The position numbers and the translations under genes are program-made. Under the pieces are notes generated by a model. It saw nothing but the letters and a program-made list of their open reading frames with translations. It did no database searches and was not told the origin of the DNA. A stretch of DNA of 64,000 bases from an uncultured virus (IMG/VR IMGVR_UViG_2740892240_000002) (taxonomy: Duplodnaviria; Heunggongvirae; Uroviricota; Caudoviricetes), in IMG/VR virus record IMGVR_UViG_2740892240_000002, positions 1 to 64,000 of that record. One strand, 5' to 3'. Shown here piece after piece: positions 8,447-18,987 of the stretch (position 1 is its first letter; every line of letters begins with the position of its first letter).

Positions 8447-11400
8447 CTAATCTCCTTTCCAAGTTTTGTCTTTTACCTAAAATTTTATCTGACTTAGTTG
8501 CCATTTTTTCTCCATCTACTTCAAGTGTTAAATTTAAATATATATCTTTATCGTTTGAGCTTCCTTGTAACATAGAACTCGCTATCGATTGAGCAGTTTG
8601 TCTAGCAGTCTCTAAAACCATTTGCTCACTTGATTCATGGTTATATATCTTAGTTCCAGAAGGTAGGTCATATAATTCATATCCACGCTCATGAAGATAT
8701 GTTAAACCACCTTTAAAGTGTGAGTTCCCTGTCCAGTTTCCATCAGGCTTTTTACCATGACTTTGAAAGAATGTATTTACAAAGAAGTTTTTAACTAGAC
8801 TTCCCCATCCACTATTCCAAGCATCTTTTAACTTATCCCAATTACTTTTAACTTTACCAGTTGTAATATCTACATCTTTGGTAATTTTTGAGTTCATAGA
8901 AGTTATTTCTTTAACTGCTTTATCTCTTGTTTCTTTAGCTGCATTTACAGTATCATCTCTTTGCTTCTTCGCATCTGCAATAAGTTTATCCCTTTGTTTT
9001 TCACTTATTGAACCAGTTTCTTGTTGCATTCTATATGCTTCAGCTATTCTTTCATCACATTCTTTATTAGCTGCTTCAATAGCCTTATCTCTAGAGTTAT
9101 TTAATTCTTTTATATGTTTAGATGCCATATCAGCAGTTATATTTTTATCATTATCTTTCATTCTTTCAAGAATTACTTTAGCTTCAACTTCATTTTCAGA
9201 TAGAGTCTTTATAGCACTAGTTTTCATACTTTGTTGAAGTTTATCAATTTCGTCAAATTCTTCTTTCTTTAATTTTCTATGTTCATTTGCTGCTTTTTCA
9301 TAAATAGCATTAATTTGATTTTGAGCTTTATCTATTTCTTGTTTTTGCTGAGTCCAATGACTTTTAGTTGCTTTTAAAGCTTCTTCTTTTTCTTTAGCTG
9401 AAAGAACAGTAGTTTTAGCAAAGAAATCTTTTTGGCTTTTTAACTCTGCATCTCTTTTTTTATCCATGCCATCTTTAATTTTATTAGCCATGTCTTTATA
9501 AACTTTTTGCATTTCTTGAGATTGTTTCTTTGATAATCCTACACTTTTATTTAATGTGTCTGTAAAGTCTTTTATAGTTTGGTCCTTTTGTTTTTGAGTT
9601 AAACCTTTAGTACCATTAACCATTGCAGTATATTGTTTTATTATTTCATCTTTATTTTTACTAGTTAAAACTCCAGTATCCGAAACTAATTTTTTAAAAT
9701 CTACAGTCATTTTTTCTCTTTGATCTTTCGATAGACTACTAGATTTTTTACTCATTTCTGTAAAGTTTTTAACTACAGTATCTTTCGCTTCTTTTGAGAA
9801 TTTATTTGAATTCATTCTTAAATTCATCATAGATTCACTAGCTTTTTTATCTAATTCTAAGTAGGACTGAACATTATCTTTCGTTGCTTTAGATATTTTA
9901 ATTACATCTTTTTCTGTAGCTTGTGCATAGTTTCCAAACTTATCTCTTGAAACTTCAACTTTATCTGCAAATAAATCTACTGCAGGTGTGGCACTTTTAT
10001 TTAAGTGTTCAGCAACTTTATATCCTGCATATCCAACGGCAGCTACTGCAGCTACACCTAATGCAATTGGTCCTAAAGAACCTATAACGGCAGCACCAAA
10101 TCCTCCAGCCGCAACCTCTGCTCCTGCTAATCCAACTCCTGCAGTTTCTGCTGCTGGAGCAAGTCCTAATAATATTTTTGAAAAATCACCAAATGTAGCA
10201 GCTGCTTTTAATGCTTTAAACTTTCCAACAGTTCCAATTAATCCACCTATACCATTAGATACATGGCCTAAACCACTAGTTATAGGACCCATTGCAATAG
10301 CAGCTAGTCCTGCTTTAACTATAAATTCTTGAGTGTGAGGACTTAAATTAGTAAAGCTATTTGCTAATTTAGTAATATCTCTAGCAACACTTGTTATAGC
10401 TGGAGCTAATGCTTGGAAAGTTTTTATTGCTGCACCTTCTAGAGCACTTCTCATTTCTGCTAAACTACCCTTTGCATTTTCACTCATAGTTTTAGCCATT
10501 TTAGCAGTAGCACCTTCACTATTATCTATAGCATTTGCTAATTTATTAAAATCTCCTTCACTAGCGTTTACCATTGCAAGCCAACCAGACATTGCTTCTT
10601 TACCAAAGATAGTAGCAGCGGCACTAGCTTGGGTAGCTTCATCTAAACCACCTAGTTTTTCTCTAAGCTCAACTAATACTTCTCTAAAGCTTTTCATCTT
10701 ACCATCGCTATTTTCTATAGATATCCCATACTTCTCCATCATAGCGGCCATACTATCCGTAGGCTTTACTAAGTTGGTTAATCCTGCTCTTAAAGCAGTA
10801 CCAGCTTGACTTGCCTTAATACCACTATTAGCCATTAAGCCTATAGCTAAAGAAGTGTCTTGAACACTATATCCTAAAGCACCAGCTACAGGAGCTGCAT
10901 ATTTAAAAGTTTCTCCCATCATACCAACGTTAGTATTGGCATTACTACTTGCAGCTGCTAATACATCACTAAACATACCAGCATCTTTAGCTTTTAATCC
11001 AAAACCTGTTAATGCATCTGTAACAATATCAGAAGTAGTTCCGAGGTCTTCATTAGATGCAATTGCTAAATTTAGTATAGGTTCTATACCTTCGAGCATA
11101 TCACCAGTTTTCCAACCAGCCATTGCCATATACTCCATACCTTCGCCTGCTTGTGCAGCACTAAATTTAGTTTTAGCTCCCATTTCTTGAGCCTTGTTTT
11201 CTAACTTTTTAAGATCATCACCAGTAGCACCAGAAATAGCTGCTACCTTATCCATTTGAGCTTCGTACTCCATACCTACATGAGCGGCAGCTACTCCTAT
11301 TCCTGTTAAAGGTAAACTAACATGAGTAGTAAGTTTTCCACCTATCTCTTGAGCTTTACTACCTACTTTTTTAAAGTTATTTCCTAAATCTTCAAGCTTT

Positions 11401-11963
11401 TTAGATGCATTACCTACACCATGAGTATTTTCTACTTCTCTATTGAATTTATTTACCGCAGATTGAGCTTTGTTTACTTCTTCCTCTGCTTTATTCATTT
11501 GAGTTTCATAGTTTTGTAAGGTTTTAGCATTATTTTCTACAGTTCTATCTAGCTTATCATGTTCTTTTTGTAATTCTTCTAAAGCTTTTTCAGTTTCTTT
11601 AGCTTCCTTACTTTCTTTACCATAGTTTTTTATAGCATTTTCATGTGCTTTTTCAGCTTTAGAAAGAGAACTTGCTAATTTATCTCTTTCACTTATATTT
11701 TTTTGTAGTGTTTCAGTAGCATCGTGAACACTTTTTTTATAAGTTTCTAATTTCTTATTTTGTAAATCTAATTGTTTTTGTAATGAGCTTTGAACCCTAT
11801 TTACACCTTCTGTAGATTTACCAAATGCATCTAAACCACTTTGAGCTGCTTTTAATTCACTTTTATTATTTTTAATTTCTGAATTTATACCTTTTAATGT
11901 ACTGGAATATCCAGAATCATCAAGTATCATCTTTGCGGTTATTCGTTTTTCTGTATCACTCAT
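8433..11963 (-). CDS. Tail tape measure protein (TP901 family)
   Basis: 1176 aa; TKFSA..AGEGMEYMAMAGW core; helical composition. Confidence 0.95.
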   Translation of the reverse strand: MSDTEKRITAKMILDDSGYSSTLKGINSEIKNNKSELKAAQSGLDAFGKSTEGVNRVQSSLQKQLDLQNKKLETYKKSVHDATETLQKNISERDKLASSLSKAEKAHENAIKNYGKESKEAKETEKALEELQKEHDKLDRTVENNAKTLQNYETQMNKAEEEVNKAQSAVNKFNREVENTHGVGNASKKLEDLGNNFKKVGSKAQEIGGKLTTHVSLPLTGIGVAAAHVGMEYEAQMDKVAAISGATGDDLKKLENKAQEMGAKTKFSAAQAGEGMEYMAMAGWKTGDMLEGIEPILNLAIASNEDLGTTSDIVTDALTGFGLKAKDAGMFSDVLAAASSNANTNVGMMGETFKYAAPVAGALGYSVQDTSLAIGLMANSGIKASQAGTALRAGLTNLVKPTDSMAAMMEKYGISIENSDGKMKSFREVLVELREKLGGLDEATQASAAATIFGKEAMSGWLAMVNASEGDFNKLANAIDNSEGATAKMAKTMSENAKGSLAEMRSALEGAAIKTFQALAPAITSVARDITKLANSFTNLSPHTQEFIVKAGLAAIAMGPITSGLGHVSNGIGGLIGTVGKFKALKAAATFGDFSKILLGLAPAAETAGVGLAGAEVAAGGFGAAVIGSLGPIALGVAAVAAVGYAGYKVAEHLNKSATPAVDLFADKVEVSRDKFGNYAQATEKDVIKISKATKDNVQSYLELDKKASESMMNLRMNSNKFSKEAKDTVVKNFTEMSKKSSSLSKDQREKMTVDFKKLVSDTGVLTSKNKDEIIKQYTAMVNGTKGLTQKQKDQTIKDFTDTLNKSVGLSKKQSQEMQKVYKDMANKIKDGMDKKRDAELKSQKDFFAKTTVLSAKEKEEALKATKSHWTQQKQEIDKAQNQINAIYEKAANEHRKLKKEEFDEIDKLQQSMKTSAIKTLSENEVEAKVILERMKDNDKNITADMASKHIKELNNSRDKAIEAANKECDERIAEAYRMQQETGSISEKQRDKLIADAKKQRDDTVNAAKETRDKAVKEITSMNSKITKDVDITTGKVKSNWDKLKDAWNSGWGSLVKNFFVNTFFQSHGKKPDGNWTGNSHFKGGLTYLHERGYELYDLPSGTKIYNHESSEQMVLETARQTAQSIASSMLQGSSNDKDIYLNLTLEVDGEKMATKSDKILGKRQNLERRLVGNV

Positions 11964-11981
11964 TTACCCTCCTTTCTCTTT

Positions 11982-12556
11982 CTATAAGAAAGGTACTTCA
12001 TCTATGCTAACAACTTTTTCAACATAACCATCATTTGAAGCTGATTGAGTTTGTTCTTCATATGTTTTATTGAGTTCTCCGATTAACATAACAATTTCTT
12101 TGAATGTACTATCGAAGAACTCTTGTCTTGTGAAATTTAGTTGTGTTTTTGCAATAAAAAAAAGCCTATTTATATCGAATGGCTTTTCATTTAAATCTAT
12201 TTTTTTTTATTATTTTCTGATTTATTTTCATCAGTGGTATCAGATGTTTTAACTCCTCTATAATCAAAATATAAATCTGTTGCAAAAGCTACTATTTCAT
12301 TTACAACTTGATCTGGAGTTAATTTTTCTTTTAATTCATCTATAGTTAATGGGGTTTCATTTTGTTCTTTATCAAGTCTTTTTGATATACAAGAACATAC
12401 CATAACTTTTAAAGCATTGTTATATAAGTTTTTACCATACATAACCCCGTTTATGACATCTCCAAAGTTATCAAATCTTTCATCTATATCAAATATAGTC
12501 TTATTTGTCATTTCAAAAGCTAAGTTTTCATTACCTACTTTAAATTTTCTTTTCAT
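11982..12556 (-). CDS. Tail assembly chaperone G (12197-12556) and -1 frameshift product GT extending to 11982
   Basis: Run of 9 A (12200-12208 on the minus strand) just before the TAG; -1 frame open for ~72 codons up to the TMP RBS. Confidence 0.8.
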
Positions 12557-12581
12557 TTAACTTCACTCCCTATTATTTATA

Positions 12582-13190
12582 TTAATGTTCAGAACTAACT
12601 TCATCTGTTTTTTCTTCAGGTATAGTAACTTTTTCAAAGAATTTACTTAAAAACTCTTTAGTTACATTAGGAGAATCACTACATACATTGTATTGCCATA
12701 ATCCATTTATTAAAGGTCTAAAGCTTGCTTCTATTTTCTTGGCTTGGAAGTTTGCTTTACCTTCTTTAGCTTTTAAATCTTCATCTGATAATCCAAATGT
12801 TCCAGCATATAATATCCCATATTTATCTATTCCTTGAGCCTTCTCTGCTTTATATAAAATAGCAAGTGTTGGAGCTATATCATTATCGTTTTTTATTACT
12901 CCGCCTGTTTTAGCTAACTTGTGCCCCATAACGTAACAATCATCTTCATCTTGTAAATCTGTTACATTTAAAGTTACCTTTACATCTTGTAAAGTTTGTT
13001 CCTCTAAAACTTTTCTTCCTTCATGATAGTATGGATCACTATTTTGTTTTGGTTTTATTCCTATTTGTTTAACCCCTTCTAAGTATCTAGGAGTATCAAA
13101 AGTTATGTTCCCATCAGTTTCAGTTTTTAAATGAGCTACATATAACTTACTTACATTTACAACTGGTAATATTTTTTGTGGTGCTGACAT
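12582..13190 (-). CDS. Major tail protein (phi13 family)
   Basis: Position; VSKLYVA and GILYAGTF motifs. Confidence 0.85.
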   Translation of the reverse strand: MSAPQKILPVVNVSKLYVAHLKTETDGNITFDTPRYLEGVKQIGIKPKQNSDPYYHEGRKVLEEQTLQDVKVTLNVTDLQDEDDCYVMGHKLAKTGGVIKNDNDIAPTLAILYKAEKAQGIDKYGILYAGTFGLSDEDLKAKEGKANFQAKKIEASFRPLINGLWQYNVCSDSPNVTKEFLSKFFEKVTIPEEKTDEVSSEH

Positions 13191-13233
13191 TCTGCATCAT
13201 TCCTTTCTTTTATAAATAAAAAACTAGCTTAGA

Positions 13234-13617
13234 TTAGCTAGTTGGTAAATCAATATTAAACCTCAAAGGTTTATGTTTTAATCCTGTTTTTTCTTCAAAT
13301 AAATCTGGACTCCCTGCATTATATTCAAATCCAGCTTTAATAAATTTATTAACTATAATTGTTTCTAGGTTTGTATAGTCTCCTAAACTAAAAATATCAA
13401 TTTGGACTAAGTGATTTAAATAATCTATATTACCCTCACTATATTCACTTCCTCTAGATCTAATAACTTGATACTCTATATATGGAGGTTTAGGATTATT
13501 AGCATGAATAAAATATACTTTTTTATCACTTGTTAAATCTAATATATCTTTATCATTTAAAACTTCTTTTAATTTCTTTTTTATAATCGAGGTATCTATT
13601 TTTATATTACGCTCCAA
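13234..13617 (-). CDS. Tail terminator/completion protein
   Basis: PYIEY...VQIDIFS motif; position. Confidence 0.7.
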   Translation of the reverse strand: MERNIKIDTSIIKKKLKEVLNDKDILDLTSDKKVYFIHANNPKPPYIEYQVIRSRGSEYSEGNIDYLNHLVQIDIFSLGDYTNLETIIVNKFIKAGFEYNAGSPDLFEEKTGLKHKPLRFNIDLPTS

Positions 13618-13621
13618 AATA

Positions 13622-13984
13622 TCACCCCATCTTTCTAAATATCGTTTGAGCTACTTTTGAAATAGCTTCCTCAGTATTTTCTTCAACACTTCTTTCAAAG
13701 TATCCTACATGAGTCTTTTGTTCACTTGTACCATACTCTTGAAATATGTCATAGAAGGCTTTACTTTTTGCAGTTCCTTCTGTTGCTAAAGCATTTTCTT
13801 TAACAGATACTTTAATCTCAGCAAGCTCTCCTGTTGGTCCTTTTGGAGTATCATTTTCTAATCCTTTTCCAATTACTTTTATACCTGACCTTATAGCTTG
13901 CCTTTTTATAACTGTATCTAAAGCCATATTTTTTACATATTCCTCAAACTCTTCATATCCTTCAAGTTCTATAGTACTTGACAT
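13622..13984 (-). CDS. HK97 gp10-like neck protein
   Basis: TPKGPTGEL and FQEYGTS motifs. Confidence 0.8.
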   Translation of the reverse strand: MSSTIELEGYEEFEEYVKNMALDTVIKRQAIRSGIKVIGKGLENDTPKGPTGELAEIKVSVKENALATEGTAKSKAFYDIFQEYGTSEQKTHVGYFERSVEENTEEAISKVAQTIFRKMG

Positions 13985-14036
13985 ATACACCTCCAAATAA
14001 AAAAAGAAAGCTATATAGCTTCCTTTTTATCTTTTA

Positions 14037-14846
14037 TTATTTTATTAAATTACCACTTATTCTAGGCATTCCAGAATCATTTCTATCCATTACCTTCCCA
14101 TACACCGTTATCGTTTTACCTTCTTCAATATCTTTTAACATTCCCTTATCTACTAATGAAATTTCATATACTTCATATCCATCGTCTTCTGGTACTTTTA
14201 AATTAAATGTAGGGAAAACTGCATCTGGAATTATATTTGAAACTTCTCCAGTAGCAAAAACAGATTTACCATACATTTGATTATCATTGATTTTAATAAA
14301 ATCAGCTTTAACTGCTTCTTTCGCAATTTTTTTATTTAATTCATCTTGAGAAATTGAATCTTCTTTAATTGGAATTTCAAATTCTACTTTTTGCCCATAT
14401 TGATCACTCTCAAATAGTATTTTAACTTCATCACTTTTATTTTTTAATCCATAATAAGCATTTACTGTGCAATTTGCCCCCTTAGTTAGATCTTTTGGTT
14501 TTCCTTTTGAGAACATAGAGCTTGCATCAGCTACTGAATTTTTTGAATCTAATACAGTTAAGTCTTGTGAATGTATATACAAATTTTTATCTTTTTTATT
14601 TAAATTATCATATGTATATGTAACTTCAATAATTTCTTGTGGATTATTAAAATCTTCTTTGTATTTAAAATCATTAACTTTTTTTACTGAATTAATAGTT
14701 AATGAATACATATCCGTACCATTTTTATTCTTAACTATTGCCTTTTCTCCTTGCTTATATACTTTAAGTTCTTCTTTCTTATTTGAGCATCCTACTAAAG
14801 TTATAATTGATATAATTATTAACGCTGAAATAAATATTTTTTTCAT
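14037..14846 (-). CDS. Moron lipoprotein (Ig-like plus OB-fold-like domains), possible superinfection exclusion
   Basis: LVGC lipobox; own TTTCCA-17-TATAAT promoter (~14867-14895) and terminator (~13997-14030) inside the head-tail operon. Confidence 0.75.
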   Translation of the reverse strand: MKKIFISALIIISIITLVGCSNKKEELKVYKQGEKAIVKNKNGTDMYSLTINSVKKVNDFKYKEDFNNPQEIIEVTYTYDNLNKKDKNLYIHSQDLTVLDSKNSVADASSMFSKGKPKDLTKGANCTVNAYYGLKNKSDEVKILFESDQYGQKVEFEIPIKEDSISQDELNKKIAKEAVKADFIKINDNQMYGKSVFATGEVSNIIPDAVFPTFNLKVPEDDGYEVYEISLVDKGMLKDIEEGKTITVYGKVMDRNDSGMPRISGNLIK

Positions 14847-14897
14847 GTCATAACACCTCCAAGCTATATTATAACCTAAAAGGTAATAATTGGAAAT

Positions 14898-15245
14898 TTA
14901 ACAATTTATTTTAGCTTTAATATCTACAAATTCATGTCTATTTTCAAAGTCTAAAACATCTAAAATATCATAATAAAAACCTTTATATTCTATTCTAAAT
15001 ATTTTACTTGCTCCTGGCTCTAGTAACTCTTTTATCTTATTACAGTATCTAACCGTAAATGTAACTATATTTTCACTATTATTTGCTTTAGCGGCTATAT
15101 ATTCTTTTCCAGATACTCTTTTATAGCCACTCCAACATTTATAATATTCTTTCCAAACTTCTTCATCAAATCCATTTTCATTAGTTTCATTTGAATCTGA
15201 TAATTTTTCTATTTTTATTCTTTCTGTTAATCTACATTCAGCCAT
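14898..15245 (-). CDS. Head closure / head-tail adaptor
   Basis: ERIKIEK...FTVRY...YDI motif. Confidence 0.85.
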   Translation of the reverse strand: MAECRLTERIKIEKLSDSNETNENGFDEEVWKEYYKCWSGYKRVSGKEYIAAKANNSENIVTFTVRYCNKIKELLEPGASKIFRIEYKGFYYDILDVLDFENRHEFVDIKAKINC

Positions 15246-15521
15246 TTAATCACCATACTTTAACTGAGTTATAATAGTTTGTAGTGAAAATCTCACTCTT
15301 TTTTTCCTTTTTTCTTCTTCCATTAGTCCTTTATCTTTGTACCATTCATTGACTAATATTTTACAATATCTTTTAGCTCTTTTATTTTCGCTAGTAAATT
15401 CTTTTCCAGTAGCATCTTTTAGATATTCCTCAGCTGCATCTATACAGTCTTGAATTTCTTCATCATCATCGTCAAAATCTACTTTTAAGAACTTTTTAGC
15501 CTCTTCTAAATTTAGAATCAT
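15246..15521 (-). CDS. Head-tail connector (gp6-like)
   Basis: LEEAKKFLKVDFDDDD...AAEEYL motif. Confidence 0.9.
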   Translation of the reverse strand: MILNLEEAKKFLKVDFDDDDEEIQDCIDAAEEYLKDATGKEFTSENKRAKRYCKILVNEWYKDKGLMEEEKRKKRVRFSLQTIITQLKYGD

Positions 15522-15664
15522 TTAATCCCTCATTTCTTAAAAAATAGCTAAAAAAACGACCTTTTTAAATCGATTCTAAGGTGTTTCAAAAACTTTAATA
15601 GACTAATAATACCTTGTAATTTCAACGTATTATAGTCTAAAATATTTTTTACTTTAATTTTTTA

Positions 15665-16819
15665 TTAATGCTCTGAACTTACTACAGTTGTATCTATATA
15701 TCCATTAACAATTGCAGCTTTATCTTTTATTGTTACATCTTCTCTTTCTATAGCTCTAAATAAAGTTAAATCTTCTTCAAATGCATTTAATTCTCCTATA
15801 GCTGCTGTATCAGACATTTTTATATTCATTAAAGCTCTATCCCAGAAAACTATACCTTCTTTTAAATCTCCTATTATAAAAGGTATTTTATTTCTTGTAG
15901 TAGATAAATCACTATTTGGACAAACTTCAACTGGTATAGTTAATGATCCAGCACATAATTTAAGTGCCATAGGTTCTTTTGGATCTGGTTGTAAAATATA
16001 TTTTCCATCTGAATCTTTTAGTGTATCTAAATATTGTAATCCATCATCATTTGTAATTATTTTACTAGTTGGCTTAAAAGTAGCCCCTAAAGTAACATTT
16101 AAAGCCTTCTTAATATCATCTAATCCATTTAATTTTGTCTCATCTATTGTTTTTATTTGTTCTAATATTAATTTATTTTGAGTTACTCTTGATTCATCAC
16201 CTATCCATTCTATTAAAGTATTAACTATATTTTGGTCTGAATCTGCAAGTAATTCATTCGTTACAGTAAAATATCCTGCATATTTTTCAATTTCATATTT
16301 TAATCTCTCAAATTGAGGTGTATTTTTTTCACCTATTTTACCTCCTTCACCTACTTTAACAAATCCAGTTTGTTGAGATCTCTTTTTGAAAGTTCTTTGT
16401 CCTTTATCAGTAGTAACTTTTTCAACTGTTACTAAATCCTTTAAAGACTTTTTAGATTCTTTATATGTATTTATTTTAGTTAATATATCTTCTGGAACAG
16501 TATATCCACCCTCTGCTGGAGTTCCAACTGACATTTTATTATCTATTTTAAATCCATTTCTTGCAGCATTAGCAAATTCAACAATTGAATCTTTGTTTTC
16601 TGGAGTAACTTTTATCCCTTCTCCATCTTTAATTTTATTTTTTGCTTCTTCATTTTCTCCAGCTTCTAAATCATAAAGAAGGTCAAATTTATCACTTAAA
16701 TTTTTCAATTCTTCTTTAGCCGCTTTCGCTTCCTCTAGTTTATTTTCATTAGCTAAATTCTTTACTAATTCTTTTTGAGCTTTTATCTTATTCATTAATT
16801 CTAATAATTCTTTTGACAT
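15665..16819 (-). CDS. Major capsid protein (HK97 fold)
   Basis: GGYTVPE and ELLADS motifs; delta-domain N-terminus. Confidence 0.95.
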   Translation of the reverse strand: MSKELLELMNKIKAQKELVKNLANENKLEEAKAAKEELKNLSDKFDLLYDLEAGENEEAKNKIKDGEGIKVTPENKDSIVEFANAARNGFKIDNKMSVGTPAEGGYTVPEDILTKINTYKESKKSLKDLVTVEKVTTDKGQRTFKKRSQQTGFVKVGEGGKIGEKNTPQFERLKYEIEKYAGYFTVTNELLADSDQNIVNTLIEWIGDESRVTQNKLILEQIKTIDETKLNGLDDIKKALNVTLGATFKPTSKIITNDDGLQYLDTLKDSDGKYILQPDPKEPMALKLCAGSLTIPVEVCPNSDLSTTRNKIPFIIGDLKEGIVFWDRALMNIKMSDTAAIGELNAFEEDLTLFRAIEREDVTIKDKAAIVNGYIDTTVVSSEH

Positions 16820-16871
16820 TTTTATTCCTCACTTTTTTATATATTTTTGGATTTTGGCAATAAAAAAAGAT

Positions 16872-17717
16872 TTAGTATAAATCTAAATCATTTAATAAAT
16901 CTTCCTTTTCTTTTTCAATTGTATTTTCTACTTTTTTATCATCTTCTTTTTGATTCTGTAGATGTAAAAGTACTTTATTTGCAATTTCTTCTATATCTAG
17001 GCTTTGATTTTCATCACTTTTTTTATTTTCTTTAAATAAGTTTTTAGGAGTATTTTTATATTTATCTAAAAACTCTGATGAACAAGCTACTAATTCAAAT
17101 TCATCCTCAACTTTTATATTAAATAGTTCCGCTGCACTTTCTCCAGTAAACCACTTTTCTTCATCCATTAAGGCCGACAATTTTTCTTTAGTAACTCCTT
17201 CTTTTGCATTTTCCATATAAATATTTAGTATGCTTTCTTTGCAACTATCCAATGTACTAGCAATTTTCCTTAGGTCTGATGCATTATATGAGTTCCATAG
17301 CATACATAAAGGATTATGAATCATAAAGCTAGCATATTTAGGGACTATAACTTCATCTCCTGCAAGTGCTATTACACTAGCTATACTTGCTGCTAATCCA
17401 TCAACATGAACAGTCTTTTTACCTTTATGTCTCTTTAGCATACTATAAATTGCTATTCCCCCAAATACAGATCCACCGCCAGAATTGATATATATATCTA
17501 CATTTTGTGAATTCTCTAGTTCTTTTAGGAAGTCACTTACATCTTGAGGGCATTTATCTTCGTCTGCCCACCAGCTACTCCAACTGTCTGAAACTATATC
17601 TCCATAGAAATAAAGCTCTGCTTTTTCTTCTGTTTGATTTTTTATTTCTATCTTACCAACATTTTTTAATTCTCCAGTTTTAGTATCTTTATTTTGTAAA
17701 TTTAATATTTTATTCAC
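16872..17717 (-). CDS. ClpP-type prohead protease
   Basis: INSGGGSVF, DGLAASIAS and MIHNP motifs. Confidence 0.95.
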   Translation of the reverse strand: MNKILNLQNKDTKTGELKNVGKIEIKNQTEEKAELYFYGDIVSDSWSSWWADEDKCPQDVSDFLKELENSQNVDIYINSGGGSVFGGIAIYSMLKRHKGKKTVHVDGLAASIASVIALAGDEVIVPKYASFMIHNPLCMLWNSYNASDLRKIASTLDSCKESILNIYMENAKEGVTKEKLSALMDEEKWFTGESAAELFNIKVEDEFELVACSSEFLDKYKNTPKNLFKENKKSDENQSLDIEEIANKVLLHLQNQKEDDKKVENTIEKEKEDLLNDLDLY

Positions 17718-18972
17718 TGTTTTCGCCTCCTTTCGAATATTGCTTTCCTACATCTGTGATAGGTATATAGTTACCATTACAAATTAATACGTCTCCACCT
17801 TCTATTGCTGGCATATCTAAAATATCTCTAGCATTATTTGGAGTGTATATAGCATTATTTACAAATGATGTTAAGCACTCTGCTTGTGTTTTTGCATCTG
17901 TTCGTAAAATAGCTTTTTCATTGAATTTATAATACTTATTTTCATTTTTCTCTTCATCACTTAATAATTTGTAGCAAATTTCCTCTTCATATTGTTTTAA
18001 TATAAATTGTTCTGTATCTACATAAAAGCTAAGTTGTTGCATCTCTCCACTTGAATAACTAGATTTTTCATAGTTATTTATTTGATTTGGCTTTATTCCA
18101 AATGCTCCTGCTATTTGAAGTGATGAAAATTTCTTTAATTCATAAAATTGACTATCTGTTAGCTTTATATTTAAAGGTGTTATTTTCATACCTAATGGTA
18201 TAGGAATTATTTTACCTGCATTGTCTGAACCATTAGCAAACCTTGAAATACCTTCTATTAATTTATCTTCTTTTGACTTATCTAAATCACCTGTATATTC
18301 TAGTGTAGCCTTTGCAGTAAGTCCTGTTTTGTAAAGGTTATTAATGAAGTTTTGACTTTCAACTCCACCCTCAAGTGTATATTTTAAAATTTTACTAACT
18401 GGCTCACCTAATATACCATCAAATGTAAATGAGGTTTTAAAGTGTAGCACTTCTTCATTTTTAAATACAAATTGTTCGCCTGTGTATCTATCAGTATAGA
18501 TATACCAAAGTGCATCCTTAATTCCAAAGATACCTTTATTGTCCATAATAACTTGTACATCATTACTTGGCATAATCCACAAATTTTTTATTTCATATGT
18601 AGCCCCATATTTTTCACGTTTAAACTCTTTTCTTATATAGACATAGGCATTTCCAAAGTGATTTCTATTGTTTTCTACAGTTGCCCAAAATATCGATGGT
18701 GTCATATAAGGGTTAGGTCTAACCTTTAATAAATCATATACTTTATTGGGGGCTGCTCTTATTACCCCTTTTTCAGTTTCTTGATACATTTTAATAGGCA
18801 TTTTACCTAATGTCTCAGATAACATTTTTAAGCAAGTAAAATAAGTAACTTCACTTAAGATATTTTTATTTCTAGTTGTTATCCCTAGCCACTCTAATAA
18901 CTTTTCACTTCTCATATCAACAGTTTGTGGTTTAGGCATTATTAGATTTTTTAAACTTTTTATAAGGTTCAT
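17710..18972 (-). CDS. Portal protein (HK97 family)
   Basis: RPNPYMT, GNAY, VLHFK and TPNNAR motifs. Confidence 0.95.
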   Translation of the reverse strand: MNLIKSLKNLIMPKPQTVDMRSEKLLEWLGITTRNKNILSEVTYFTCLKMLSETLGKMPIKMYQETEKGVIRAAPNKVYDLLKVRPNPYMTPSIFWATVENNRNHFGNAYVYIRKEFKREKYGATYEIKNLWIMPSNDVQVIMDNKGIFGIKDALWYIYTDRYTGEQFVFKNEEVLHFKTSFTFDGILGEPVSKILKYTLEGGVESQNFINNLYKTGLTAKATLEYTGDLDKSKEDKLIEGISRFANGSDNAGKIIPIPLGMKITPLNIKLTDSQFYELKKFSSLQIAGAFGIKPNQINNYEKSSYSSGEMQQLSFYVDTEQFILKQYEEEICYKLLSDEEKNENKYYKFNEKAILRTDAKTQAECLTSFVNNAIYTPNNARDILDMPAIEGGDVLICNGNYIPITDVGKQYSKGGENSE

Positions 18973-18987
18973 TTTTACACCTCCCTT

